A DNA stretch of 64,000 bases from a virus. Its lineage: Duplodnaviria > Caudoviricetes. The notes under the pieces are model-generated. The model was not told where the DNA came from. It made no database searches and was given only the letters and a program-made list of their open reading frames with translations. Location: positions 1 through 64,000 of IMG/VR virus record IMGVR_UViG_3300041411_000177; one strand, 5' to 3'. This document shows, piece by piece, positions 1 to 9,497 of this stretch (the first letter of the stretch is position 1; every line of letters starts with the position of its first letter). The translations under genes and the position numbers were made by a program.

Positions 1-38
1 TTGAAATCAGCAGGTGATGCGGCAAGGGAAATAATCAT
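1..38 (-). CDS. 5' start of a gene running off the window edge (partial)
   Basis: ATG at 38 overlaps the stop of 35..1756 (ATGA coupling); frame is open to position 1. Confidence 0.4.
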   Translation of the reverse strand, partial: MIISLAASPADF

Positions 39-1756
39 GTCACAATAATCTCTTTCGTCGCGGTGACTGTTTCGTGTTGGAGTGTATAGGAAGTTTGCAA
101 CAGGTAAGTGCCGGGAACAGACGCGGTTACAACGCCGAGAACGATAGAAACATTGTCATCGGAACAGAACCACAAGGCGCTTGCTCTGCGTTCGGAACTA
201 TCACTGAATTCGACCAGCGCCTGATAAAGCGTAGGCACCATTGCACGCAGAGTTTCCGGCCCTTCTATACGGGCATGGATTGGGTACGTGCGATTGTCGA
301 TCAGGGTTACGGGCAAACTCGCTTCCAATTCAACACCGCTAATTGACAGCGCGGCGTAAACAGTCAGTTCTGCCGTTTCCATTACCTGCACCGCATGCAA
401 AACTCCCGCATTGGAAATCGACGCGATATGGTTATTGGAAAGCGTCCACTTAGCGGGCAGCACAATGTCTGTACCGTCTGCATAAACAACGTGGAATTTC
501 AGCGACTGATATTCACCGACGTACATTGGCGAGCGCAATTCAATCCACGAACTGACAGGCAGCGTAGTGGACGGCACAACGTCAATTGTTTTGAAGGCCG
601 AAAGATTTTCGTATTGCGCCATAAGATTAACGGGAGTATCCGTTTCAACTTTGGACGCTGCGTAGAATTGGTTGCCGTCATCAAGATGGCCTGCGCTCGT
701 TACCGTGTGGATTTTTGCAACCACGGACTTGCGCGTACCATCGCTGAAAATCAACGTAGTGTAATACTGCACAACCAAACCTTCCCGCACTTTCGACGGG
801 CCTTCGATTTCAATTGCTTCGGCGCGTACAGTTAAACCGACGACGCTCAATTCAATTGAAGCGCTGGTGATAATTCCGTCAAATTCGTAGGTGCCGATAA
901 TCGTGGTTGTTACCACACCTTCGACTGCATCGGCGTTGAACGCGCCGTTTTCGGAAATCGTCCCAGCTAATGGGTTGGTGCTGACCCAGCTTGCTACAAC
1001 CTCATTGTTTTTGCCGTTATCGAAAAGGATATCGAGGCCGAAATTAATCCGCGATCTTTCCATCATGATAGTCGGGCCGATCACAAAAGCCCTGACCGGA
1101 TAAATCGAAGAATCTGCAACCAGAATGTCCATGAAAATCTGGCGCGTTACACCATTCTCTGTGTAAGAGGCAGTGAAGCGTACCATTGCAGAGCCGCGAA
1201 TCTTTTGGAAATGCGCTAATCCCGTGGGGTCGATTGTGGCGACACTCGGGCGACTGGAAACAAAGGTATTTGGCGTTACGACTGCGCTTGAACCATTATC
1301 GTAGTTCGCTGTGACCACGTATGATTCAATTGTGTTTTTCTCCACCTCGTTTTTACCGGCGATGGAAATAGAAATAAGGGCAGGAGGCGTATCAATATCC
1401 CGCACGTAAATAACCACTGTTGCCGTCAGCGTGGAATCCGAACCCGCGTGATAATACCTGCACAAAACCTGAACCGGGCGCGTACCCGTCTGCACAGAAC
1501 CCGCAGTAAATAAACCACTCGCAGTAATCGAGCCGTAATCTTCGGAAGCAACAGACCATTCTGCCTCGACTTCGTGTTGCGAATTGTCGTCAAAAGTAAC
1601 GACCGCACGCATTTGAAAAGTCGAACGCTCCGCTATTGGAGCACCGGGGCCAACCAAATCCAGTTGGATAGGCCACAGTTCCTCAAAGCTAGTATCGGCC
1701 ATGAGAAAATATTCTCCATATTCAACGGAAAAAGCGGGGTGCCCGAAATTGGACAA
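35..1756 (-). CDS. Ig-like (Big_2-type) repeat virion protein, candidate tail fibre/whisker
   Basis: 573 aa of repeated ~95-aa beta-rich units (I.I.GP...V.F.DG......W.S.N...A.I...G); lies downstream of the sheath gene. Confidence 0.75.
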   Translation of the reverse strand: MSNFGHPAFSVEYGEYFLMADTSFEELWPIQLDLVGPGAPIAERSTFQMRAVVTFDDNSQHEVEAEWSVASEDYGSITASGLFTAGSVQTGTRPVQVLCRYYHAGSDSTLTATVVIYVRDIDTPPALISISIAGKNEVEKNTIESYVVTANYDNGSSAVVTPNTFVSSRPSVATIDPTGLAHFQKIRGSAMVRFTASYTENGVTRQIFMDILVADSSIYPVRAFVIGPTIMMERSRINFGLDILFDNGKNNEVVASWVSTNPLAGTISENGAFNADAVEGVVTTTIIGTYEFDGIITSASIELSVVGLTVRAEAIEIEGPSKVREGLVVQYYTTLIFSDGTRKSVVAKIHTVTSAGHLDDGNQFYAASKVETDTPVNLMAQYENLSAFKTIDVVPSTTLPVSSWIELRSPMYVGEYQSLKFHVVYADGTDIVLPAKWTLSNNHIASISNAGVLHAVQVMETAELTVYAALSISGVELEASLPVTLIDNRTYPIHARIEGPETLRAMVPTLYQALVEFSDSSERRASALWFCSDDNVSIVLGVVTASVPGTYLLQTSYTLQHETVTATKEIIVT

Positions 1757-1768
1757 CCCGCCTTCACG

Positions 1769-4096
1769 TTACACGTATTTAATGGAGTATTGGTTTGTGC
1801 GCGGGCTGAACTCAGGGAGAGTCGTTGCCTCACTACGAACAATAATCCACGGACGAACGCCAGTCCCATCGTCAAACTGCACGGTGAGAGTTTTCGGCAA
1901 GTTTGCATCGTAACCCGGCAGACCTTCTTCGTTGCCGATCACATCGTTGCGGTAATTGATACCGTCGAATGTGACGTTGAAAGAGTTCTGCAAGTCCACG
2001 ATAAACGTGTCGCCAGCGCGGGCATCCCACATCAGGTAAACATAATCGTCAACCGTGATTGTGGTTTCGATATTTTTCGCAACGCCATCGGTTTGAATAT
2101 CGACGGTGTTGGTCATGACGCTAGTAACGAAGTCGTCAAGGCCTGTCCAGTGGGTGTACTGACGCCCGCTAGCCGAAGTTTCTTCGGTCACACCGTAATC
2201 GCGTTCTTCTTGAGTAATTTCGCTGGCGATTGGGCCACCAGTAAATTCCTTGTTGGAGAACATCGCTACACCGTAACGAAGTGGCGGAATTGTTACCACG
2301 CCAGTTTCGACAGTGATCGCTTTGGTTGCGTTCAGGTTTACGCCGTCTTCGCTGTGTGTTGCGCGCACGTTAACAGCACCGTCTGCAACGCCGGTCACTT
2401 GGCCTTCTGCGTCAACAGTGGCTTTCGTGTTATCCGAAGTTGTCCACTCGCCCGGAATCTTTTCAACAGTAGAACCGTCCGCGTAAGTCACGGAATAAAC
2501 GTACTGTAGGGTTTCCATTGGTGCGATGGAATTAGGCCCGGTGATTACAGCGGATACAGGCCAGTTTTTCGTGTCGGCAATTGCGATTGTTTTCTTCGCA
2601 GTTACAGTCACGCCGTTTTGCGTGTACGAAACGTTCACTTCAACGGTTTTGCTACCCGGTACAGTGAATGGTTTTGCAGTCAGCAAACCGTTTTGATCAA
2701 TGGTCGCATAAGTACCAGAGGTCAAAGTCCACAGCGCGTTCACATCGGCTTCAGAAGCATCAGTGAAAACAACGTGCGCATTCAGATCAACCGATGCGTC
2801 CTGATCTACGGTATTCGGCCCGGTAATCGTGATCGTTTCCGGATAAACCGTAGGATCTTTGATAACCACGTCCAGCAATGCGTTGCGGGTGATACCGCCG
2901 CTTGCGTAGGTGGCCGTCAGACGGGTAGCAACGTCGCGAATTTGTTGCACACGCGGAGTCAACACGCCGCCGACAAAAGAACCGGCGTTCGAATTGCTGG
3001 AAATAAACGCGTTCGGGGTAACAGTGGCGGTCGAGCCGTCGCTGTAGGTTGCCAAAACGGTGTACGTTCCGATTTCAGATTTCAGGAACTGAGTCGGGCC
3101 AACGATTTCGATGTGATCCAAAAGAATCAACGTCGGATCACCGATAATGGTAATCACGAAATCAACGAAAACAGTGTCGCCACTTTCCGCGTGTTCCCAC
3201 GAAGCACGAACCGTTACCGGTGTGTCGATTGCAACCAGACCAGCGTGGAAAACACCAGTTGCCGGATTAATCGAGCCGAATTCTTCGTTGTTGGTGATAG
3301 TCCACGTTGCTTGCACGCTGAAAAACTTCGTGCCGTCATCCATGGTTACGTCGGCGCGCAGAACGTGATTGGTATTACCGTTCACTTTTTCAGCCGGGCC
3401 AACAACCGCAATCGAAACCGGGCGCGGGCCGAGGTATGCGAATTCGGTAGTCGGTGGAAGCCATTCTGCAATGAAGTTTCCGTCTTCGGTTTCTTCGGTG
3501 ATAAACAGCAAAGTTCCGGGCAGCGGATCGGTGCTAGGCACCAACACGTATTTATCGGAACCATCACCAGCCGAAAGCATGGTACGCGGTACATCGCCGT
3601 GCGAATGCGGCAGCGGTGCCCGTGGGTTGCTCATGCGGATATCGTTATCACCGACGACCACAGGGTCTTCAGGATCGACAATTACCGAACCGCTGGAAAG
3701 CAGGAAACCGCCAAAGCGATCTTTCGACGCCAGCGGCGGACGGAAATCAGGAACTGCACCGAGAATCGGGTCAGCTTCTTTTTTGAAAAACTGTTCTTCG
3801 TTGTAGATTTCTTCCACGGTGGAAAGAACCGACCACGAACCACGGTAATCCTTGTCGTCGTATTTTTCTGCATCAACACGGCGCATCAGGACTTTGTAGT
3901 CTTCGTGATTTGGATCAGCGTTAATCCACGTCACGTTGTACGGAACGGTCAAGGTATCCGGTTCGAGAAGAGAAACGAGGACAACGAATTTCTGCGCGTT
4001 GCCCTCGACAATAATCTCGACCGGGTTGAATTTCGAGAGGCCGCGATAGTTCAAAGCAATCGCGATTTTCTCGTCAACAAACTCGGTCAGCGTCAT
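1769..4096 (-). CDS. Ig-like repeat virion protein with an N-terminal module shared with 4106..4750
   Basis: 775 aa; four Ig-like repeats (e.g. ITGPNSIAP...VTYADGS...WTTSDNTKATVDAEGQVTGVADG); N-terminal ~175 aa align by eye to the next gene. Confidence 0.75.
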   Translation of the reverse strand: MTLTEFVDEKIAIALNYRGLSKFNPVEIIVEGNAQKFVVLVSLLEPDTLTVPYNVTWINADPNHEDYKVLMRRVDAEKYDDKDYRGSWSVLSTVEEIYNEEQFFKKEADPILGAVPDFRPPLASKDRFGGFLLSSGSVIVDPEDPVVVGDNDIRMSNPRAPLPHSHGDVPRTMLSAGDGSDKYVLVPSTDPLPGTLLFITEETEDGNFIAEWLPPTTEFAYLGPRPVSIAVVGPAEKVNGNTNHVLRADVTMDDGTKFFSVQATWTITNNEEFGSINPATGVFHAGLVAIDTPVTVRASWEHAESGDTVFVDFVITIIGDPTLILLDHIEIVGPTQFLKSEIGTYTVLATYSDGSTATVTPNAFISSNSNAGSFVGGVLTPRVQQIRDVATRLTATYASGGITRNALLDVVIKDPTVYPETITITGPNTVDQDASVDLNAHVVFTDASEADVNALWTLTSGTYATIDQNGLLTAKPFTVPGSKTVEVNVSYTQNGVTVTAKKTIAIADTKNWPVSAVITGPNSIAPMETLQYVYSVTYADGSTVEKIPGEWTTSDNTKATVDAEGQVTGVADGAVNVRATHSEDGVNLNATKAITVETGVVTIPPLRYGVAMFSNKEFTGGPIASEITQEERDYGVTEETSASGRQYTHWTGLDDFVTSVMTNTVDIQTDGVAKNIETTITVDDYVYLMWDARAGDTFIVDLQNSFNVTFDGINYRNDVIGNEEGLPGYDANLPKTLTVQFDDGTGVRPWIIVRSEATTLPEFSPRTNQYSIKYV

Positions 4097-4105
4097 GACG
4101 ACTCC

Positions 4106-4750
4106 TTATTTCTGAATGTCGGTAGAAGTCAATTGACGCCATTGGGCGTTGTTGTTTCCGCCGTAAATCAGTGTCGAACCAATTACCGGAGTTGCGCCGC
4201 CGCTAATGCTCACGGTGCCCGATTTGGTTTTCAGCGAAACAGCTGGCTTTTCTTCGTGCGTGTGTTCGGTTGGTTTGCGCGCATCGGTCAGACGCGGATC
4301 ACCTTCGCCCACTGCAATTGGAGCCGATGGAGAAACCGGTGCAACGCTCAAACGTGCAATACCCAACACGTTCGTAGTTGCGCCCGGAATCGGATCAAGC
4401 TGCGCCAAAATTGCCGAATCTTCCGCGTCGTAAAACTGATCGACGTTGAATTGATCCATGGTGTCGATCACTTCCCACGTGTGAACCGTGCCCGCCGAAA
4501 CATCAGCGTTTTTCGATACACGACGGCGCGCAGTGTTGTAATACGCGCCGTGGTTTGGGTTGAAATCGAACCAGATAACGTTCAACGGCAGAATTTCGTT
4601 GTACGGTTCGCGCAGAGCGCACACAACGGTGGTCACACGGCGCACCGTGGAATTCTGGATACGGATCGGAATCGGGTTGGTTTCGTCGAGGTTCTGAATG
4701 TCAGATACGACACGCATTGCCTCACGAATATCTACGAGTTGTTTTTCCAT
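4106..4750 (-). CDS. tail-associated structural protein (fibre-attachment module)
   Basis: 214 aa; GDPRLTDARKPTEHTH motif typical of tail-fibre proteins; directly follows the sheath gene. Confidence 0.55.
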   Translation of the reverse strand: MEKQLVDIREAMRVVSDIQNLDETNPIPIRIQNSTVRRVTTVVCALREPYNEILPLNVIWFDFNPNHGAYYNTARRRVSKNADVSAGTVHTWEVIDTMDQFNVDQFYDAEDSAILAQLDPIPGATTNVLGIARLSVAPVSPSAPIAVGEGDPRLTDARKPTEHTHEEKPAVSLKTKSGTVSISGGATPVIGSTLIYGGNNNAQWRQLTSTDIQK

Positions 4751-4755
4751 TGGAA

Positions 4756-6396
4756 TTAATTCTCTTGGAAGTTGATAGAGGAACCGGCGTTACGGATATC
4801 GGCGGTCAGGGAGGCACGGCTGGCCGGAATGCTTGGGTCGATTACGAAATCGAGGTTGATATCGTTATTCGCGATATCTGCCGGTTTGTTGTTCCGGCTG
4901 TCGCAAATGGTTTCCCATTCGTACAAACCACGACCACGTTTTACCGATGCTGCTTCGGCGTCAACGATGTTTTTCAACTGCTTGCGTTCGTAATCGTCAG
5001 CCGGGTTAAATACCGAAGGCAGAAACGCTTTGCGGATCATTGCCTTGATACCGTTTACCAGACGACGCACGTTCACGTTCTGGAAACCAGACGCGAAATT
5101 CTGCAAAGTCAGCTGTTCCATGATCACGAAACCACGGCCCGGAATCCGACGCACGTAGTTGATTTGCGCCTGTTGCAAAGCATTACGCTCACGCAACGAA
5201 TATTTCTTGGAAAGATCCGTGACTTTTACCTGACCACGATTCAAACCAGCAGGTGCCCAGTAGTAGGCACGAACGCGGTCGGTAAACGCGTATTGCGCGG
5301 CAACCAAACCGGAAATCGGGCAAAAGAATTTCTTGCCGGAAATGTCGTCGGTAATCTGACCACGCGGGCCATACATTGCCGAATAGCTGGACGAAAGGTT
5401 CAGGGTATTTCGACGGTAATTCACTGCACGCGAAACTTCTTCGTATGCGTGCGGCAGGTCGATAATCGAAATCGCATCACCACGGGTTTGAGCCACGGCG
5501 TCCTGACGACGATGAACAACAGGGCTTTCTTGACCGCAACCAACCAGCATTTGAACTGCGTATTGATCGGTGTCGTCGATACCGTCCCATGCGTTAATCA
5601 CTTCGGCTTCGGTAGCACGTGCGCCGTCGGAACCGCCATCGAGGCGCTCGAATGCGGTGGTGCGAATTTCCACAGCCGGGCAAAGTGCGTTGTTTTTCAC
5701 TTTGATATATTGCGAGAAAGCGTTTACACGCGATTCCACAAACATCTGATTGCCTTCGCCATCCAGTTCGTATTTACGCGAACACAGATAGGTTTCAACC
5801 GGAAGGCTGGCGCTGCCCTGATAATTCAGGAAAACTTCCAGATAGAAGTGAGTCGGGTCGTTGTACTCGCCAACCTCAGTACCTTCTGGATTGCCCGGAC
5901 GCACGCGAATGGTAATTGCACCCGCCCATTCACCCGGCGAATTTGCGCAAACGTAAAGCAGTGCGTTTTTAACGCCTGCATCGCTCACATTGAAACCAAG
6001 CACATCGAGCGGGTTGCCCAATACACCTTGGGGTTTGTTGGTGCCGTTATCGAAATTCACCAGCTTCAGAACTGGTTCCGACGCGGCGGTATCGTCAACG
6101 CTCAAATAGGCACCAGCAGTGCGGGCCGTTGCAGCGTTAACAGCACGTTTAATCCACATTGCGGTTTGAGCCAAAACGTGTTCGGCGCAATGCATGCCGT
6201 AACCGTATTTGGAATAGTCTTTCGTACCGAATTTTTCTTTCAGGTCTTGCGCATCGGTAACGTAAACCCATTCCGATGTAGAGCCGCGACCGGCCTCGAT
6301 TACAGCTGCCGCAATAGAGCTAATGACCGGCGAACCGCGTTGACTTACGTCGCGATCCTGATCATAAACCCCGGCGCTGGAGTTAGTAAAAGCCAT
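4756..6396 (-). CDS. contractile tail sheath protein
   Basis: 546 aa; N-terminal SAGVYDQDRD, WAPAGLNRG and NVNVRRLV...VFNP motifs of myovirus sheaths. Confidence 0.9.
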   Translation of the reverse strand: MAFTNSSAGVYDQDRDVSQRGSPVISSIAAAVIEAGRGSTSEWVYVTDAQDLKEKFGTKDYSKYGYGMHCAEHVLAQTAMWIKRAVNAATARTAGAYLSVDDTAASEPVLKLVNFDNGTNKPQGVLGNPLDVLGFNVSDAGVKNALLYVCANSPGEWAGAITIRVRPGNPEGTEVGEYNDPTHFYLEVFLNYQGSASLPVETYLCSRKYELDGEGNQMFVESRVNAFSQYIKVKNNALCPAVEIRTTAFERLDGGSDGARATEAEVINAWDGIDDTDQYAVQMLVGCGQESPVVHRRQDAVAQTRGDAISIIDLPHAYEEVSRAVNYRRNTLNLSSSYSAMYGPRGQITDDISGKKFFCPISGLVAAQYAFTDRVRAYYWAPAGLNRGQVKVTDLSKKYSLRERNALQQAQINYVRRIPGRGFVIMEQLTLQNFASGFQNVNVRRLVNGIKAMIRKAFLPSVFNPADDYERKQLKNIVDAEAASVKRGRGLYEWETICDSRNNKPADIANNDINLDFVIDPSIPASRASLTADIRNAGSSINFQEN

Positions 6397-6461
6397 GGAT
6401 GAAACCCCTTATATGGTTGGAATACGGGAAATAAGAATCGCGATAAACGCATTTCCTGTAT

Positions 6462-6470
6462 TTAAATTAC
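6462..6470 (-). promoter_or_regulatory. putative late promoter GTAATTTAA
   Basis: Same motif lies upstream of structural genes at 28223, 32967 and 55659. Confidence 0.55.
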
Positions 6471-6491
6471 GCAAAGGGGATTTCAGGCAAC

Positions 6492-6516
6492 AAAAAAGGG
6501 GCCATATAGGCCCCCT
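6492..6516 (-). terminator. intrinsic terminator
   Basis: GGGGCC-TATAT-GGCCCC hairpin followed by T6 on the minus strand. Confidence 0.8.
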
Positions 6517-6538
6517 CGTTGTATTGCATTTGTAATGA

Positions 6539-7309
6539 TTAATCCTTGAAGTATTCTTCATCGGATTTTTCATAGTTCTTATTCAATTCCTGTGCGCGGG
6601 CTTCCTCTTTCAGGTAGCGTTTAAACAGAATGATTGCCCACGCTTCATTGCCATCGCGCCATTCGAGGATTGCCGGGGTGAATGGCTTCTGCATTAAGAA
6701 CGCCATATGCCGCAGGATTTGCGAATGCCGTTTGCGAATGAAATCCTCAACGTAATTCGGAATGCGGTGCGGTTCGTGGCGAATGATCAGCAGCTTGGCA
6801 TAGCTGAATACCAATGCTTCCAGATTTTCGTCTTCCATGAATTCGGTTGATTCGTGGAAAATCTCAATGATTAATTGCTTATCAGCGGCGCTGAATCGCA
6901 TGATCTTGTCCGGATGCGAAAGCTGTTTAATCATCCGGTAGAGTTCGTGCATTGCCGGTACAGGATCGGTTGGTTCTTTCTTTGGCTTCGGTTCATTCTC
7001 TTCGAAAAATTCGAGTGCTTCTTCGTCGTCGAATTCCCGGCCTTTATTCGGATCGAAATCGTCTAGGGCACTAATCTTTGCCTGAACAATTGTTCGGCGC
7101 ATATCGTCCGCAGGCAAGTCCATATCTGCTTCGGTTTCTTCGGGAAAATCGGCTTCGTCTTCGTCATCGTCCGTGCCGTCACCAACACCACCGAGAGCGT
7201 GCATACATTTGGCACTAAGCCAGCTGTAGCCATGTTCGAGCATTGCAATGAATCCGGTTAGGTTGGCTTCATCGGTTTTGATTTCGTCGAACTTTTCGAG
7301 TGAGATCAT
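6539..7309 (-). CDS. J-domain-like (DnaJ co-chaperone) protein
   Basis: LYRMIKQLSHPDK = J-domain helix II plus HPD motif; acidic N-terminal half. Confidence 0.55.
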   Translation of the reverse strand: MISLEKFDEIKTDEANLTGFIAMLEHGYSWLSAKCMHALGGVGDGTDDDEDEADFPEETEADMDLPADDMRRTIVQAKISALDDFDPNKGREFDDEEALEFFEENEPKPKKEPTDPVPAMHELYRMIKQLSHPDKIMRFSAADKQLIIEIFHESTEFMEDENLEALVFSYAKLLIIRHEPHRIPNYVEDFIRKRHSQILRHMAFLMQKPFTPAILEWRDGNEAWAIILFKRYLKEEARAQELNKNYEKSDEEYFKD

Positions 7310-8181
7310 AAAATGTCCATCAAGTCGGCTTTATCACTGCGTTTGCTATTGAGCATCAAAGCAAACTGCATTGGCATTCGCATTTTCTCCGCAAAGAAAG
7401 TAACCGGGTCGCACCCGTTCACCACAACGATTCGCGGAATATTGTCGTATTTCTCCAGCAGGTCACGCACCTTTTCCAGCTTATGCGGCGTCGAGTCTGG
7501 CCCAACGTTTGCAATGACCAACATCGACATATTGCGTCGTTGTTTTTCATCGCGTAATTCGTCTTGATATCCACCGAATACCCGGTGCCATATCGGAAGC
7601 ATTTTCCCTTTGTGGGAACCTGAACGCTGCTGATCAATTGCGGCGTCCATAATACTCATTGCCATAAACTTTGCGCGTTCGTCGGTCGCCATCGAACCAA
7701 TGCCGATAATTGGCGAGCCGTGCAACGGATTTGTCAGCATGCGATAACAGGTTTCAATCTGTCGCTTCACACTGGTTTTTGCAATCTGGTAATCCTCGGG
7801 CAACCATTTCGGCACCATCGGAGTAATGGAGACAAGCGCATCATCCAGCAGGAACGGACTACGCATTACCTGCAATGCGGTTCCGTCCACGCCTTGGGAT
7901 TTCAGCAATTTCACGCGATCCGAATCATATCGGAATTTCAGGTGCGGTGCAGGCATCCGTGACGGTGCGCTGACTTTCCCTTTCGGTTTCTTGATGCTGT
8001 TTACTTTCTCCACTACGGCACGTTTGCGCGCTTTCACAGAACTGGTTTTTTGTTCCTGCTCCTTGCTTGCCTCTTCTTCCTCCCGCTCAAATTTTAGTTT
8101 CTTGAGTGGTCTGTCCTCCTTGGACATTTTCAGTTCCGAGGACAACGTGCGCTTCTTGACTGGCTTTAATTCCTTCGCCAT
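7306..8181 (-). CDS. hypothetical protein, possible degenerate P-loop (DnaC/IstB-like) fold with Lys-rich N-terminus
   Basis: 291 aa; alternating alpha/beta C-terminal half (IIGIGS..., MLVIANV, RIVVVNG) without a canonical GKT. Confidence 0.4.
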   Translation of the reverse strand: MAKELKPVKKRTLSSELKMSKEDRPLKKLKFEREEEEASKEQEQKTSSVKARKRAVVEKVNSIKKPKGKVSAPSRMPAPHLKFRYDSDRVKLLKSQGVDGTALQVMRSPFLLDDALVSITPMVPKWLPEDYQIAKTSVKRQIETCYRMLTNPLHGSPIIGIGSMATDERAKFMAMSIMDAAIDQQRSGSHKGKMLPIWHRVFGGYQDELRDEKQRRNMSMLVIANVGPDSTPHKLEKVRDLLEKYDNIPRIVVVNGCDPVTFFAEKMRMPMQFALMLNSKRSDKADLMDIL

Positions 8182-8365
8182 CAGAGTGTCCTGTAGTGTA
8201 GGTGGATGGGTACTGTTTATTTACAGTATTTACGTGTCCCGCTAGGGCTGCACATGCTGGAATTTCAATCGGGTTGGCGAGGCAGTATTCAAGCCACGCG
8301 TCTTCCGCCTGTTGCAGCGGCCAGCCGTTCGGGGGCAGGCTGCACCCACGATTAGGGTTTTGCAT
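8087..8365 (-). CDS. hypothetical protein (uncertain)
   Basis: ATG at 8365 overlaps the end of the upstream gene; the 3' end overlaps the next gene by ~95 nt. Confidence 0.3.
   Translation of the reverse strand: MQNPNRGCSLPPNGWPLQQAEDAWLEYCLANPIEIPACAALAGHVNTVNKQYPSTYTTGHSDGEGIKASQEAHVVLGTENVQGGQTTQETKI
8218..8234 (-). promoter_or_regulatory. tandem (C)TGTAAATA / CGTAAATA promoter motif
   Basis: Minus strand reads CGTAAATACTGTAAATA about 40 nt upstream of the 8181 start. Confidence 0.55.
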
Positions 8366-8693
8366 GGCGCGCCTCCATTTGTTCACGAAGAGATTCTGCA
8401 TATTCTTTGGAAATTTCGTGTTCGTGGCCGTCGCTGTATTTCACCATATACCGTCCACGTTCAGAATTCGGATCGTACCAAATTTCTGTTACGAAATACG
8501 GATCAGGTGCAGCGCCCTGCGAGATTACGATTCCTCCGCCCATTGTGTAATGCACTTCTTCACCGGGGCGCAGCTTGGGAATGTAGCGGGACATTTCCCC
8601 GCGTGGCATTACCTGAACGTAATCAAGTTCGCGCTGTTTGTATTCCCCGTCCACAACCACATTTAACATTTGTGGTGGCTCGTGTTGTTCCAT
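8352..8693 (-). CDS. hypothetical protein
   Basis: 113-aa ORF in operon orientation. Confidence 0.6.
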   Translation of the reverse strand: MEQHEPPQMLNVVVDGEYKQRELDYVQVMPRGEMSRYIPKLRPGEEVHYTMGGGIVISQGAAPDPYFVTEIWYDPNSERGRYMVKYSDGHEHEISKEYAESLREQMEARHAKP

Positions 8694-8928
8694 ACATCAC
8701 CTCATCAAAAGGGTGCGGAATTTCAAAAGTTTTCAGGGCCTGACGCATGCCCGCGTCGAAGCCTGCTGGATCAATACCGCTCGAATCACACTCGGCCCAC
8801 ATACGGTTGTTTTCCATCATGTTGTGTTTGCCGTATTTGCGCAATTCGTCCTGTACATATTTCACACCCGCATCGAAATCTTCTTCGTAGTTGCGAATGC
8901 CTAAAAGTTTACGCAGAATTTCCTTCAT
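8623..8928 (-). CDS. hypothetical protein
   Basis: 101-aa ORF in operon orientation. Confidence 0.6.
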   Translation of the reverse strand: MKEILRKLLGIRNYEEDFDAGVKYVQDELRKYGKHNMMENNRMWAECDSSGIDPAGFDAGMRQALKTFEIPHPFDEVMYGTTRATTNVKCGCGRGIQTART

Positions 8929-9244
8929 CTTTTGGTTTCACTTCGACCATTTGTGGCCGGTTATCAGGGAACGCAGGGTCATCGAGAATTCGAATCATGC
9001 CTGCATCAAGCCAAGTAGACCATTGCCCACATTGACCGCATTTAAACTGGTCATGTTGCGGCGTTGGCGTGTTTGCGTTCATGCCTTCCCAACGGCGGTT
9101 AGGCATATTGGAATCCCACGTCTTGCAATGCGGGCAGCACAGGGTGCTAAAGCGGCCTTCCATATCCGCTTTGCGTTCTTTGTCAGCGGCCCATGTCTTG
9201 AGCCATTTGTAAAAACGCAATCGTTGCGCACGTGAGAAGAACAT
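8909..9244 (-). CDS. zinc-ribbon protein
   Basis: CPHC...CGQC pairs. Confidence 0.6.
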   Translation of the reverse strand: MFFSRAQRLRFYKWLKTWAADKERKADMEGRFSTLCCPHCKTWDSNMPNRRWEGMNANTPTPQHDQFKCGQCGQWSTWLDAGMIRILDDPAFPDNRPQMVEVKPKDEGNSA

Positions 9245-9260
9245 AAATTACCCCTTTGGT

Positions 9261-9497
9261 TTATTTACGGTGTTTCAACGCACGACGTTCGGAACGATTG
9301 AGCTTGCGCCCACGCTGGAACAATTCGTTGGTGTTGACCGGGGCCAAATCAGGATTCAGCATCTTGAGGAATTTCTCCCCAGCTTTGCGATCAACCGCCA
9401 TCAACTGTCGAAGGTTATCCAGCAGAATTTCCTGCTGCTTTTCCTTGGACATTTCCGCGATTTCTTTATCGCTTAGTATTCCTGCTTTTTCTTCCAT
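9261..9497 (-). CDS. hypothetical protein
   Basis: 78-aa ORF; its stop overlaps a CCGTAAATA motif (9262-9270). Confidence 0.55.
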   Translation of the reverse strand: MEEKAGILSDKEIAEMSKEKQQEILLDNLRQLMAVDRKAGEKFLKMLNPDLAPVNTNELFQRGRKLNRSERRALKHRK

